Of a stretch of 64,000 nt of DNA, positions 40,762 to 48,722 are shown one piece after another. The notes beneath the pieces are model-generated. The model saw only the letters and a program-made list of their open reading frames with translations. It searched no databases and was not told the DNA's origin. The DNA comes from a virus, in the IMG/VR virus record IMGVR_UViG_3300046501_000460, positions 1 to 64,000 of that record. One strand, given 5' to 3'. The translations under genes were made by a program, and so were the position numbers. Position 1 is the first letter of the stretch. The number at the start of each line of letters is the position of its first letter.

Positions 40762-41078
40762 CAATGGTCCTCCAGATTGAAGTAGATCGTCCGGTCGAAG
40801 CGCTCGCCGTTGGCGCAGGTGACGCGCGCCGTGCCGCACGGGCTGGTCGCGTTCGTCGTCCCGTTCGTCACCGACAACAGGGCGATGACCGTGGTGCCCT
40901 GCACTGTGGGGCCCTGCGTGGCGGTCATGCCAACCAGGTTCAGCGCGGCGGTCGCCGCCGTCGTGGCGCGGTCGGACAGATCCTTCGTGACGTCCCAGAC
41001 GACGAAGTTGATGTCGTCCGGATCGATGTCGATCGTCCAACCCTTGGCGCCCATATAAGGTGTGGTTGCGTTTGCCAT
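40761..41078 (-). CDS. Putative fibre adaptor/subunit (small beta-sandwich)
   Basis: DIDPDDINFVVWDVT...RVTCANGERFDRTIYF pattern seen in phage fibre-associated proteins. Confidence 0.6.
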   Translation of the reverse strand: MANATTPYMGAKGWTIDIDPDDINFVVWDVTKDLSDRATTAATAALNLVGMTATQGPTVQGTTVIALLSVTNGTTNATSPCGTARVTCANGERFDRTIYFNLEDH

Positions 41079-41095
41079 GTGTGCCTCGAATAATG

Positions 41096-42712
41096 TTAAA
41101 AGACTACGGTCTTGATGCTGCCGCCGAACACGACACGCTTCACGCTGCCGTCGAAGGTGACGCGCTTCGTGCCGCCGGCGAAGGCGACACGCTTCGCGCC
41201 GCCGTCAAAGACGACTTTCTTTACGCCGCTGCCGCCGAACGTCACGACGCGCGTGCCGCCGCCAAACACGACCACCTTGGTGCCGCCAGCGAACGACACG
41301 ACGTGCGTGCCGCCAGCGAACGTGACCCAGTGCGCTTTCGTGATTGACGCCTTGTCGATCGTGACGGGTGGGATCGCGCCAGCGAGGAATGCGGCCAGCA
41401 CGTCGGTCGCGGCAAGGCTGTCGCTGGCGCTCGCGATCGCGGTCAGCAGCGAGCTCGTCGCGTCGGTCACGGTCACGCTGTCGGCGCGCGTCGCGCTGGC
41501 GCTGCCGGCCGCGACGGCCTGATCGATCAGCCCCAGGCTGTCGATGTAGGCGGCAGCGGCCTGCGCGGCCGACGTGGTCGAATCCGACAGGCTCAAGCTG
41601 TCCGTGCGCGTCGCCGTGCCGGCGGCGCTGCTCGAAGCGCTGTCGTTCAGGGCAAGCGTGTCGACGAGGGCTGACACGGCCTGCTGCAGGCTTGCGAAGG
41701 CTTCAGACGCGCTCAGGCTGTCGCTGGCAGCTGCCAGCGCCGAGAGCGCGCTGGAGACCGCGTCGCCGAGCGTGAGCGTGTCGGCCGCGGCGGCGGTGTT
41801 CGTTGCGGCCGCGCTGCCGCTCTCCGCGGCGGACAGGATGTCGGCCACCTGCGCGGCGCTAAAGTACGTGGCGCTGGTCAGGTCGGCCGCCGTGATGGCG
41901 TCCAGCCAGGCGGCACTGGTCTCAGTGCTGGGCGAGAACGCCGATGTGCGGCGGAAGCGCGGCCTGAACAGCTGCCACGGGTTGTCGGCCAACGACACCA
42001 TCTCCGAATCGGCCAGCGTACGCCGCCATACTGCAACAAGCATCAGCGCGCCCGTACTCCATTGCTGGGCGCTGGTGACCCGCGCGCCTACGCTAATTGG
42101 TATGCCTATTCCCGGCGTCTTCATCGTGCCGCTACTGTATGTCGCGGTAGCCATGACACCGTTCTGGAAGCAGGCAGTTCGTCCGGGCATCGCGGTAGCG
42201 CCCATGGTGAATCCGCGCGACAGCTCTGTTACCGTCAATGCCGACGATGCCGTGACATTGCCGAGCAAGGCGGACATGGCTGAATTGAACGGAAGGAATT
42301 CGACCTTGCCGTTGGCAACTCGAAACTGGAAATAGCGCTCCGAGCTGTTATCCATGTCAATCGCGCTCTGCGTGACAGAGGCAGAGCCGCATGTGCCAAC
42401 CGCAAACAGGCTGTAATTAGGCGAGGTGATAGCGCCGTTCGATGCCAGCGTGTACATTGGGTTGCTGCCGGTCGGGCACCCTCCCGTACCCTGCGGCGTG
42501 TTTGACTGCTTGCCAGCCGAGTAAGCCACATTGTTCATTGAGACGGCAGAGCCAGAACCGTCGAGAGCCGTCACAAACCCGTACGCCTGGTCCGCGTGCA
42601 TCAAGCATACGGTCATGTCTTTCGTGATTGGGTTGTCCCAATCAATCGATACAGCCTCCCCGGGGAGAGGCTGTGTCGTTCTTACGCGGCGCCTGGAAAA
42701 CGGTGCAGTCAT
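41096..42712 (-). CDS. Putative fibre tip/ruler protein: LamG/ConA-like domain, nine 20-aa repeats, nine 9-aa repeats
   Basis: Domain ends with LVAVWRRTLADSEMVSLADNPWQLF (LamG-like); D-x-(L/I/V)-x-x-x-(D/E) every 20 aa; C-terminal VxFxGG repeats. Confidence 0.7.
   Translation of the reverse strand: MTAPFSRRRVRTTQPLPGEAVSIDWDNPITKDMTVCLMHADQAYGFVTALDGSGSAVSMNNVAYSAGKQSNTPQGTGGCPTGSNPMYTLASNGAITSPNYSLFAVGTCGSASVTQSAIDMDNSSERYFQFRVANGKVEFLPFNSAMSALLGNVTASSALTVTELSRGFTMGATAMPGRTACFQNGVMATATYSSGTMKTPGIGIPISVGARVTSAQQWSTGALMLVAVWRRTLADSEMVSLADNPWQLFRPRFRRTSAFSPSTETSAAWLDAITAADLTSATYFSAAQVADILSAAESGSAAATNTAAAADTLTLGDAVSSALSALAAASDSLSASEAFASLQQAVSALVDTLALNDSASSSAAGTATRTDSLSLSDSTTSAAQAAAAYIDSLGLIDQAVAAGSASATRADSVTVTDATSSLLTAIASASDSLAATDVLAAFLAGAIPPVTIDKASITKAHWVTFAGGTHVVSFAGGTKVVVFGGGTRVVTFGGSGVKKVVFDGGAKRVAFAGGTKRVTFDGSVKRVVFGGSIKTVVF
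41099..41332 (-). repeat. About 27-bp tandem coding repeat, nine copies of (K/H/R)xVxFxG(G/S)x
   Basis: HWVTFAGGT HVVSFAGGT KVVVFGGGT RVVTFGGSGV KKVVFDGGA KRVAFAGGT KRVTFDGSV KRVVFGGSI KTVVF. Confidence 0.9.
41402..41902 (-). repeat. 60-bp period coding repeat, nine copies of D-x-(L/I/V)-x-x-x-(D/E)
   Basis: DAITAAD, DILSAAE, DTLTLGD, DSLSASE, DTLALND, DSLSLSD, DSLGLID, DSVTVTD and DSLAATD at exact 20-aa spacing. Confidence 0.85.
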
Positions 42713-43188
42713 TACGTGTACTGCTGCATCGCCGGCAGAGCCTTGAGCACCCAGCCCGAGTTCATCGATTGTGTGCTGCGGTTGATCAGGTAGACGTTGT
42801 AGATGACCGGGAATAGCTCACACTCGCCCGACTGGAACAGCAGGGCGGTATTGGCGACCGGCGTTTTCGGAAACACGAAAACGGCCTTGCGCATCGTGAA
42901 CGGGATGATGCTCGCCCCTGCCGTGGTGTCGATGTCCGCGTAGTTGGTGCCGTCCAGCGACGGCACCAGATATAGGTCAGCCATGGTCGTCACGTTGGCG
43001 GTGATGCCCGTGATGGCGCTGACGGCCGCCGACAGCGAGAACGTTACGGCAAGCATATCGGCCGCGTTGCCGTTTGCACGGCAATCCAGTTTGGTGGTGG
43101 CCAGTACAGCCGAGCCGGAGGCTGCAGATGAGCCGCTGGACTCCAGCGTCAGGAGGGAACCTTCCTGCCATTTCATAACGCCGGCCAT
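42712..43188 (-). CDS. Putative virion beta-sandwich protein
   Basis: 158 aa, LYLVPSLDGTNYAD; coupled in the island operon. Confidence 0.6.
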   Translation of the reverse strand: MAGVMKWQEGSLLTLESSGSSAASGSAVLATTKLDCRANGNAADMLAVTFSLSAAVSAITGITANVTTMADLYLVPSLDGTNYADIDTTAGASIIPFTMRKAVFVFPKTPVANTALLFQSGECELFPVIYNVYLINRSTQSMNSGWVLKALPAMQQYT

Positions 43189-43634
43189 TATTCTTCACTC
43201 CATGCGGCAAGGATTTCGCTGTTGGATGGCGCCGGAATGCCTAGCTTCTCGACGCGGCTGGCAGGGATCGTCGCTAGCGCGTACAGGCCGTCGACCTCTT
43301 CCTGCGTTGCGATTTCGTGCTGAACCCAGGCTCGCAGCATGGCCTGCAGCCGCGGATCTTCCAGATGGATCGGGTCGCCGCACGCGAACGAGTCACGGAT
43401 GACGAGGCAAGCGGCCCGGCACGGGTTGCTCGTGTCCAGGCTGGCGTCATAAATTTTGGCGTAGGGGCCCATTGCAGCCCACGCTTTAGCGGTGGTCGAG
43501 CGCAGGGGGCCGACCATGCTGAACGACTGCGCCGTCAGCAAGTCGTAAACGCGCTGCGGGTCGCCCGGAAGATGTTCGGCATAGCCGAGTCCTTCCGGGT
43601 CATTCCTCAGCTCAGAGGCAAGCAGGCTTTGCAC
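43188..43634 (-). CDS. Hypothetical protein (possible fibre assembly chaperone)
   Basis: ELRNDPEGLGYA...SRVEKLG; coupled in the island operon. Confidence 0.6.
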   Translation of the reverse strand: MQSLLASELRNDPEGLGYAEHLPGDPQRVYDLLTAQSFSMVGPLRSTTAKAWAAMGPYAKIYDASLDTSNPCRAACLVIRDSFACGDPIHLEDPRLQAMLRAWVQHEIATQEEVDGLYALATIPASRVEKLGIPAPSNSEILAAWSEE

Positions 43635-43637
43635 GAC

Positions 43638-43817
43638 TCACTCCTTGATGCGGATCTCGTCTTCCGCGAAGAGACGCTCGTGAGGCTCGCCGTCGGTGCC
43701 CACGTAGGCAACCCTGTACTTCACCTCGCCATCGACGATTTCCGGACCGACGACCTTGCCCTCGATCGGGGAGATGTTCTGGACGACGTCGTCGTCCGCT
43801 TTGAATGCGACAGGCAT
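43638..43817 (-). CDS. Small SH3-like protein (59 aa, below the ORF-track cutoff)
   Basis: AAGGAG RBS; MPVAFKADDDVVQNISPIEGKVVGPEIVDGEVKYRVAYVGTDGEPHERLFAEDEIRIKE. Confidence 0.65.
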   Translation of the reverse strand: MPVAFKADDDVVQNISPIEGKVVGPEIVDGEVKYRVAYVGTDGEPHERLFAEDEIRIKE

Positions 43818-43826
43818 GTCGACTCC

Positions 43827-44408
43827 TTAGATGGACAGTTGATACGAGACGGTCAGCGTGCCGCCGTTGCTGACCACCTGGTCGCCGCCGGAGAACAGGC
43901 CGGCACTGACCAAGGTGCCGGCGGTGCCGTCCTTGGTCGAGCTGGTGGTCACGAGCGAACCCTTGACGGTGCCGGCGCCGGTGAAGTTGAACGACGCGGC
44001 GGCGCTCATGGCCTTCGTGCGGCTGCCGGCGCCGCTGCCGGTCGCGGCCGACCAGCCGATCGACGGACGGGCGGTTTGCGAGAAGGTTGGCGCGTTGGTG
44101 CCGCCGGCTTCGGTCCACGTGGGATGTGACGCCATCGTGTCACCGGCAACGGGAGCCGACGTGTAGCTGACCGAGCTGATCAGGCCGAGGTAATGTGCGG
44201 CCGTATAGCCCGAACCGCCGAAATACTTGTCGAGGATGTCCTTGGCGCCGGCGTCGGTGACGAGGTTGTCGTAGCTTTCGGACCAGATCAGCTCACCGTC
44301 TTCGTAATAGCGCGCCTCGTAGTGTCCGTGCACCGGGGCGCAGTCGCCGTCGGCGGCGTGAGTGCCGGCCGCGGCCGTCGTGTTCGATTTGATGTTGAGG
44401 GAGTCCAT
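43827..44408 (-). CDS. Putative virion fibre/filament major subunit
   Basis: 193 aa, Gly/Thr/Ser-rich; NLVTDAGAKDILDKYF...YLGLI...GTLVSAGLF...TLTVSYQLSI. Confidence 0.6.
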   Translation of the reverse strand: MDSLNIKSNTTAAAGTHAADGDCAPVHGHYEARYYEDGELIWSESYDNLVTDAGAKDILDKYFGGSGYTAAHYLGLISSVSYTSAPVAGDTMASHPTWTEAGGTNAPTFSQTARPSIGWSAATGSGAGSRTKAMSAAASFNFTGAGTVKGSLVTTSSTKDGTAGTLVSAGLFSGGDQVVSNGGTLTVSYQLSI

Positions 44409-44457
44409 GGCGATCCTTGCGAGGAGAAGTGCAGGCCCCGCAAACGAACGCGCAGAC

Positions 44458-44493
44458 CATGCCAGAATGCAATAATTCTGGCATGCTTCTTGC
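44458..44493 (-). promoter_or_regulatory. Late-type promoter of the antisense island, overlapping an 11-bp inverted repeat
   Basis: GCAAGAAGCATGCCAGAAT on the minus strand (44493-44475); inverted repeat CATGCCAGAAT-N6-ATTCTGGCATG. Confidence 0.55.
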
Positions 44494-44549
44494 CTGAAGT
44501 AAAGAAACAACTGATCCTTGTCAAGGAGGTATTGATTCGAGAAAATATT

Positions 44550-44579
44550 TTGACAGCGCACTAAAGTTTGCCTTAACCT
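44550..44579 (+). promoter_or_regulatory. Sigma70-like promoter upstream of rdgC
   Basis: TTGACA at 44550 and TAACCT 18 nt downstream. Confidence 0.45.
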
Positions 44580-44613
44580 GATGTTCCCTTTCCCTACAGA
44601 AAAAATCACAACC

Positions 44614-45462
44614 ATGTGGCTCAAGAACGCAACCATCTACGGGATCTCCCCCAAAGCACAATTCCCCATCGAGCAGCTGCAGGCTGCTCGATTCGTTCCT
44701 GTCGACAGCCTGCAGCTGCAGTCGGTCGGCTTCTCGCCAGTCCGCGAGGGCGAACTTGCCTACAGGCAAGGTAAGCACATCCTGCTGCGTTTCACGATCG
44801 AGAAGAAGCACATCCCGGGCTCGGCCGTAGCTGTGCTGGTGGAAGACAAGGCCGCGGCGCTGGAGAAAGCGCAGGGCTTCCCGCCGGGCAAGAAGGCGCG
44901 CAAGGAGCTCAGGGAGCGTGCGATCGACGAACTGCTGCCGCGCGCGCTGTCGACCCGCCGCACGACGCAGGTCTGGATCGACCAGGACCAGCACCGCATC
45001 GTGATCGATTCGGCCTCGAACTCGACCTGCGACGAGATCATCAAGGCGATGATCAAGCTGTTCCCGACGATCGAGTTCCAGGACGTCAGCTGGCCGCGCG
45101 CCAAGGTCGTGACGGCGTGGGTGGCCGACGAGGAGCCGGACGACTTCACGATGGACGATTCGGTCGTGCTGCAGTACCCGGGCGAGAAGGGCAAGCGCGT
45201 GAAGTTTGAACGCGCGACGGCGCAGGGCGCGGACGTGATCAACCACCTGACGGCCGGCGCCCACGTCGACTCGGTCGCCATGACCTTCTCCAGCCGCCTG
45301 TCGTTCGTCATGACGGACAACATGCGCATCCGCCGCATCAAGGCGCTGGACATCGTGCAGGAGGGCCGCGACGCTGAGAACGACGACCGCTTCGACAGCG
45401 ACGTCGCGCTGATGACGCGCGAACTGGGCTGCCTGATCGACGCTCTGGTGCGGGAGGCGTGA
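44614..45462 (+). CDS. rdgC: Recombination-associated protein RdgC
   Basis: MWLKNATIY, SVGFSP, EKKHIPGSAV, ELLPRAL and RFDSDVALMTREL motifs. Confidence 0.9.
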   Translation: MWLKNATIYGISPKAQFPIEQLQAARFVPVDSLQLQSVGFSPVREGELAYRQGKHILLRFTIEKKHIPGSAVAVLVEDKAAALEKAQGFPPGKKARKELRERAIDELLPRALSTRRTTQVWIDQDQHRIVIDSASNSTCDEIIKAMIKLFPTIEFQDVSWPRAKVVTAWVADEEPDDFTMDDSVVLQYPGEKGKRVKFERATAQGADVINHLTAGAHVDSVAMTFSSRLSFVMTDNMRIRRIKALDIVQEGRDAENDDRFDSDVALMTRELGCLIDALVREA

Positions 45463-45770
45463 TGGGCATCCGTAAAATTGGGCCCGTGACCGAGGTCACG
45501 CCCGGTCAGTGGATTCTGCAGACCCCGCTGCTGAACGACCACCTCGTGTCCGAGCCGCGCGAGGTTATCCGCCGCTCCGGCAAGCGCATCTACTATCGCA
45601 ACCGCCACGGAGAGGACGATGGCACCTACTGCAGCATCGCGACGGTAGTGGCCCTGTGCGACACGAAGGCGGATGCGGACACCGTGTACGCCGTCAGCAA
45701 GTCGCAGTTCGATGCCCTGCGCGCGGTGCGTCACGACCACCTCGGCCGTCTCAAGGCGCTGGTCGCATGA
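45459..45770 (+). CDS. Hypothetical protein
   Basis: Coupled to both neighbouring genes. Confidence 0.6.
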   Translation: MMGIRKIGPVTEVTPGQWILQTPLLNDHLVSEPREVIRRSGKRIYYRNRHGEDDGTYCSIATVVALCDTKADADTVYAVSKSQFDALRAVRHDHLGRLKALVA

Positions 45771-47134
45771 CCGCGTACTACAACGAATTCAACCCCGCGG
45801 CGGCCGAGTGGCTGCGCAACCTGATCGCAGAAGGCCTGATCGCGCCGGGCGTGGTCGACGAAAGGAGCATTGCCGATGTCACACCCGGAGACCTTGCCGG
45901 ACTTGACCAAGTACATTGGTTTGCCGGAATCGGAGGCTGGTCCCTCGCTCTCCGACTTGCAGGCGTCCCTGATAGCCGTCCAGTCTGGACGGGCAGCGCG
46001 CCTTGCCAGCCTTTCTCCTCGGCAGGCGCAGGCGGCGGGTTTGATGATGAGCGGCACCTGTGGCCCGCTCTCTTCCACCATGTCAGCGTCCGACGACCTG
46101 CAGAAATCTTTGGAGAGCAGGTTGCAAGCAAGCCTGTCGACCTGTGGATCGACGCTTTACAAGCTGACCTGGAAAGCGTGGGTTACGCCGTCGGGGCGGT
46201 TGCGTTCCCGTCTGCGGGCTGTGGCGCACCGCACATCCGAGACCGCTGCTACTGGGCTGGCCGGCTGGGTAACGCCGACGTCACGCGACTGGAAGGATTC
46301 GGGAGCGGACATTCGACCCCGCTCGGACAATGGCAAGGCTCGACTGGACCAGCTGCCACGCCAGGCGAACCTGTGTGGCTGGCCGACGCCGATCGCGAAG
46401 GAGGCCAAGGCGGGTCTGCACTGCTCGAATCAGGTGACGGTGAGCATGGCGGCCCAACTGGTTGCGGACGGTCCGGCCCGGTTGCTGGTTTCTGGCGAGA
46501 CGCTGACTGGCTCAGTTGCCGGGACGGCAAGTGGCGGCCAGTTGAACCCATCCCACAGCAGATGGTTGATGGGCTACCCAAAAGCCTGGGACGATTGCGC
46601 TCCGAACAAACCCACGCGTTCGCGAAAGAGGTGATGGAGTATGCCGAGGCCTGCGAAATCGACGCCAGAGAAGCGCTGCACAATGTGTGGATGTCGCTTG
46701 CAGAGGAGACGCTTCGGCGAACGTCTGGAGGACTTTCAGGCGTTCATGAAGCGCCAGTTTTGCTCGCTTTCCTGCGCCAACTCGCGTACGAAGGGTGGGA
46801 CGTCGCGCAGGGCTTACCAAGCCCAAGCCCGCAAACTCCGGAAGGAGGCCTGCGAGTGTTGTGGGAGCGTGAAGCTGCTGCACGTGCATCACATCAACGA
46901 GGACTGGTCGGACAATCGTCCGGAAAACACGCAGACGCTGTGCGTGTTTTGTCATCAGTTCTGGCACGCCACACACAGGCGTGCTGGGGTGAAGCCTTCG
47001 ACCGCCATGCCTCCGATGCCGTTCCTCTCATCGGTGACGCAAGGTCTCGGGTGATTCGTCTGCACGGCTACGGCAACGCCATTAACCCGTACGCCGCGGC
47101 CGCCTTTCTCAAAGCATTTTACGGAGTAAACTGA
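45767..47134 (+). CDS. C5 DNA cytosine methyltransferase, alpha subunit (M.EcoHK31I type)
   Basis: Motif [36 protein letters not shown] and X LHGYGNAI are in this frame; motif IX is absent from it. Confidence 0.9.
   Translation: MTAYYNEFNPAAAEWLRNLIAEGLIAPGVVDERSIADVTPGDLAGLDQVHWFAGIGGWSLALRLAGVPDSRPVWTGSAPCQPFSSAGAGGGFDDERHLWPALFHHVSVRRPAEIFGEQVASKPVDLWIDALQADLESVGYAVGAVAFPSAGCGAPHIRDRCYWAGRLGNADVTRLEGFGSGHSTPLGQWQGSTGPAATPGEPVWLADADREGGQGGSALLESGDGEHGGPTGCGRSGPVAGFWRDADWLSCRDGKWRPVEPIPQQMVDGLPKSLGRLRSEQTHAFAKEVMEYAEACEIDAREALHNVWMSLAEETLRRTSGGLSGVHEAPVLLAFLRQLAYEGWDVAQGLPSPSPQTPEGGLRVLWEREAAARASHQRGLVGQSSGKHADAVRVLSSVLARHTQACWGEAFDRHASDAVPLIGDARSRVIRLHGYGNAINPYAAAAFLKAFYGVN
45876..46634 (+). 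CDS. C5 methyltransferase beta subunit, in the alternative frame (start uncertain)
   Basis: +1 frame inside the alpha gene; W(V/P)TP..RDWKD and LDQLPRQA repeats and motif [17 protein letters not shown]. Confidence 0.8.
   Translation: MSHPETLPDLTKYIGLPESEAGPSLSDLQASLIAVQSGRAARLASLSPRQAQAAGLMMSGTCGPLSSTMSASDDLQKSLESRLQASLSTCGSTLYKLTWKAWVTPSGRLRSRLRAVAHRTSETAATGLAGWVTPTSRDWKDSGADIRPRSDNGKARLDQLPRQANLCGWPTPIAKEAKAGLHCSNQVTVSMAAQLVADGPARLLVSGETLTGSVAGTASGGQLNPSHSRWLMGYPKAWDDCAPNKPTRSRKR
46641..47054 (+). CDS. HNH endonuclease nested within the methyltransferase alpha ORF
   Basis: CTMC, FCSLSC and CECC...[26 protein letters not shown]; own RBS (GAGGTG/GGAG) before ATG 46641. Confidence 0.85.
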   Translation: MPRPAKSTPEKRCTMCGCRLQRRRFGERLEDFQAFMKRQFCSLSCANSRTKGGTSRRAYQAQARKLRKEACECCGSVKLLHVHHINEDWSDNRPENTQTLCVFCHQFWHATHRRAGVKPSTAMPPMPFLSSVTQGLG

Positions 47135-47476
47135 ATGACCGCCGGAATCCTGGGCCCCTGTGCCCGCCGCGTTGTCCGCTGCACCCTGATCACGCCCGGC
47201 GGCCACGCCATCATCGGCGAGAACTGGTGCATGAACCCACAGCCCGCGTGCCCGCGCGCCGAGGGCGAAGGGTACGAGAAGTGCCAGACGATCTGCCATC
47301 AGGTCGGCCACGCCGAGGAAGTCGCGGTGCTGCTGGCCGGGCCGTCAGCGGTCGGTGCCCACGCCTATGTCGAGAACCACACGTACGCCTGCCGCAACTG
47401 CCAGGAAGTCCTGTTTGCTGCCGGCGTCGCCGCGCTGACGATCGGCGCGCCACCTGATCGGAGGGAAGATGTTTGA
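47135..47476 (+). CDS. dCMP deaminase-like zinc protein
   Basis: GHAEE and ACRNC zinc motifs. Confidence 0.8.
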   Translation: MTAGILGPCARRVVRCTLITPGGHAIIGENWCMNPQPACPRAEGEGYEKCQTICHQVGHAEEVAVLLAGPSAVGAHAYVENHTYACRNCQEVLFAAGVAALTIGAPPDRREDV

Positions 47477-47692
47477 CAACGAAATTTTCAACGCAGGCCT
47501 GCACCATGTGGTTGCGGGTCTGCCGGGCGCGCTGTTGCTGTGGATCGGCGTCTGGATGGGGCGCCGCTCGCGCGACATCGAAGTCCACGGCTACAGGCTG
47601 ACGAACAGGTTCCTCGAGAACCTCGCGGTCATGAACGCGAAGATCGCGGACAAGGCACTTGCCGAGATCAGCAAGTCGCGGAAGGATACTTG

Positions 47693-48127
47693 ATGCCCTC
47701 GACCCCTGACTTCAACGTCGCCCGGGATCTCGAAAAAGTGCGCGCCTTAACGGCGCGCATTTCGTATCCCCACTGGATGCATCGGCCCGGGACCTGGACG
47801 TGGACGCGCCCCGACGGCATGTCGCAGGGCTTCTCGTCGATGATCTACACCCAGCCTGGCCTGTGCAATCTGCTGTGGCTGGCGATGGATCTGGACCGGC
47901 CGCCCGAGGCGTACAACGCGCTGGCCAACCCGCTGTACATGCTGCTGGTGGTCAATCGCGATGCGAAGCTGCGCGGCGAGCCGCTGACGGATATGGCGGC
48001 CCTGCTGACGCTGCGCCAATTCCACGACCTGCTGCCGGAATCGACAGCGGCCGTGAACCCGGTCGAGCACGCCTACCCGCTGCTACGACTGCTTGCGGAA
48101 AGGAGGCTCGATCATGCTCACCCTTGA
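47693..48127 (+). CDS. Hypothetical protein
   Basis: Coupled TGATG start. Confidence 0.55.
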   Translation: MPSTPDFNVARDLEKVRALTARISYPHWMHRPGTWTWTRPDGMSQGFSSMIYTQPGLCNLLWLAMDLDRPPEAYNALANPLYMLLVVNRDAKLRGEPLTDMAALLTLRQFHDLLPESTAAVNPVEHAYPLLRLLAERRLDHAHP

Positions 48128-48722
48128 GCAGGCGCAGGCTGCTGGACTGCGGCGTTTCTTTACGGGTCAGCCCTGCCGTAATGGCCACGCCGCAGAGCGA
48201 TATGTCGCTGGCGGCGCATGCGTGCAGTGTGCAGCGGTTCGAATGGCGAAAGCGTCAAAAAAGTGGAAGGACGCACATCGAGAGTTGATGCGCCAGGCCA
48301 GCAAATCATGGAGGGGTTCCAATGCAGATAAGGTGAGGGCGACCAACGCTGCCTGGGCCGCTGCGAATCCGACCCTGAAAGCCGAGATGCACAGGGCCTG
48401 GCGAGAAGCTAACCCGGAGTATCACCGTCGATACTCTGCCGCACGCCGTCAAAAGCAGTCCGAGGATCAGCTGTCACGAGGCATCGTGGAGAGACTGTGG
48501 CAGCTCCAAGCTGGCCGCTGCGCCTGCCCCTGCCGGCAGCACCTGCTGCGGAATGATTTTCACATTGACCATATCGTCGCGCTCTCCCGTGGCGGGCGGA
48601 ACATCGACAGCAACGTGCAATTGCTAACTCCGGAATGCAACCTGAAGAAGTACAACAAGGACAATTCGGAATTTTTCGTTGAGCAGGCTGCGAGATTCGG
48701 AGGGCGGCATGCTCACACTTGA
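48114..48722 (+). CDS. HNH homing endonuclease
   Basis: FFTGQPCRNGH..ERYV...CVQC and HIDHIVALSRGGRNIDSNVQLLTPECNLKK. Confidence 0.9.
   Translation: MLTLEQAQAAGLRRFFTGQPCRNGHAAERYVAGGACVQCAAVRMAKASKKWKDAHRELMRQASKSWRGSNADKVRATNAAWAAANPTLKAEMHRAWREANPEYHRRYSAARRQKQSEDQLSRGIVERLWQLQAGRCACPCRQHLLRNDFHIDHIVALSRGGRNIDSNVQLLTPECNLKKYNKDNSEFFVEQAARFGGRHAHT

Noticed and set aside
41099-41332. Tandem repeats considered as a CRISPR array or diversity-generating retroelement
   Set aside because: They are degenerate in-frame coding repeats without spacers, and no cas or reverse transcriptase gene is in the window.
46600-47060. Intein or group I intron explanation for the MTase insert
   Set aside because: No intein termini in the alpha frame and no recognisable group I core by eye; the nuclease is in a different frame. 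Splicing is not formally excluded.
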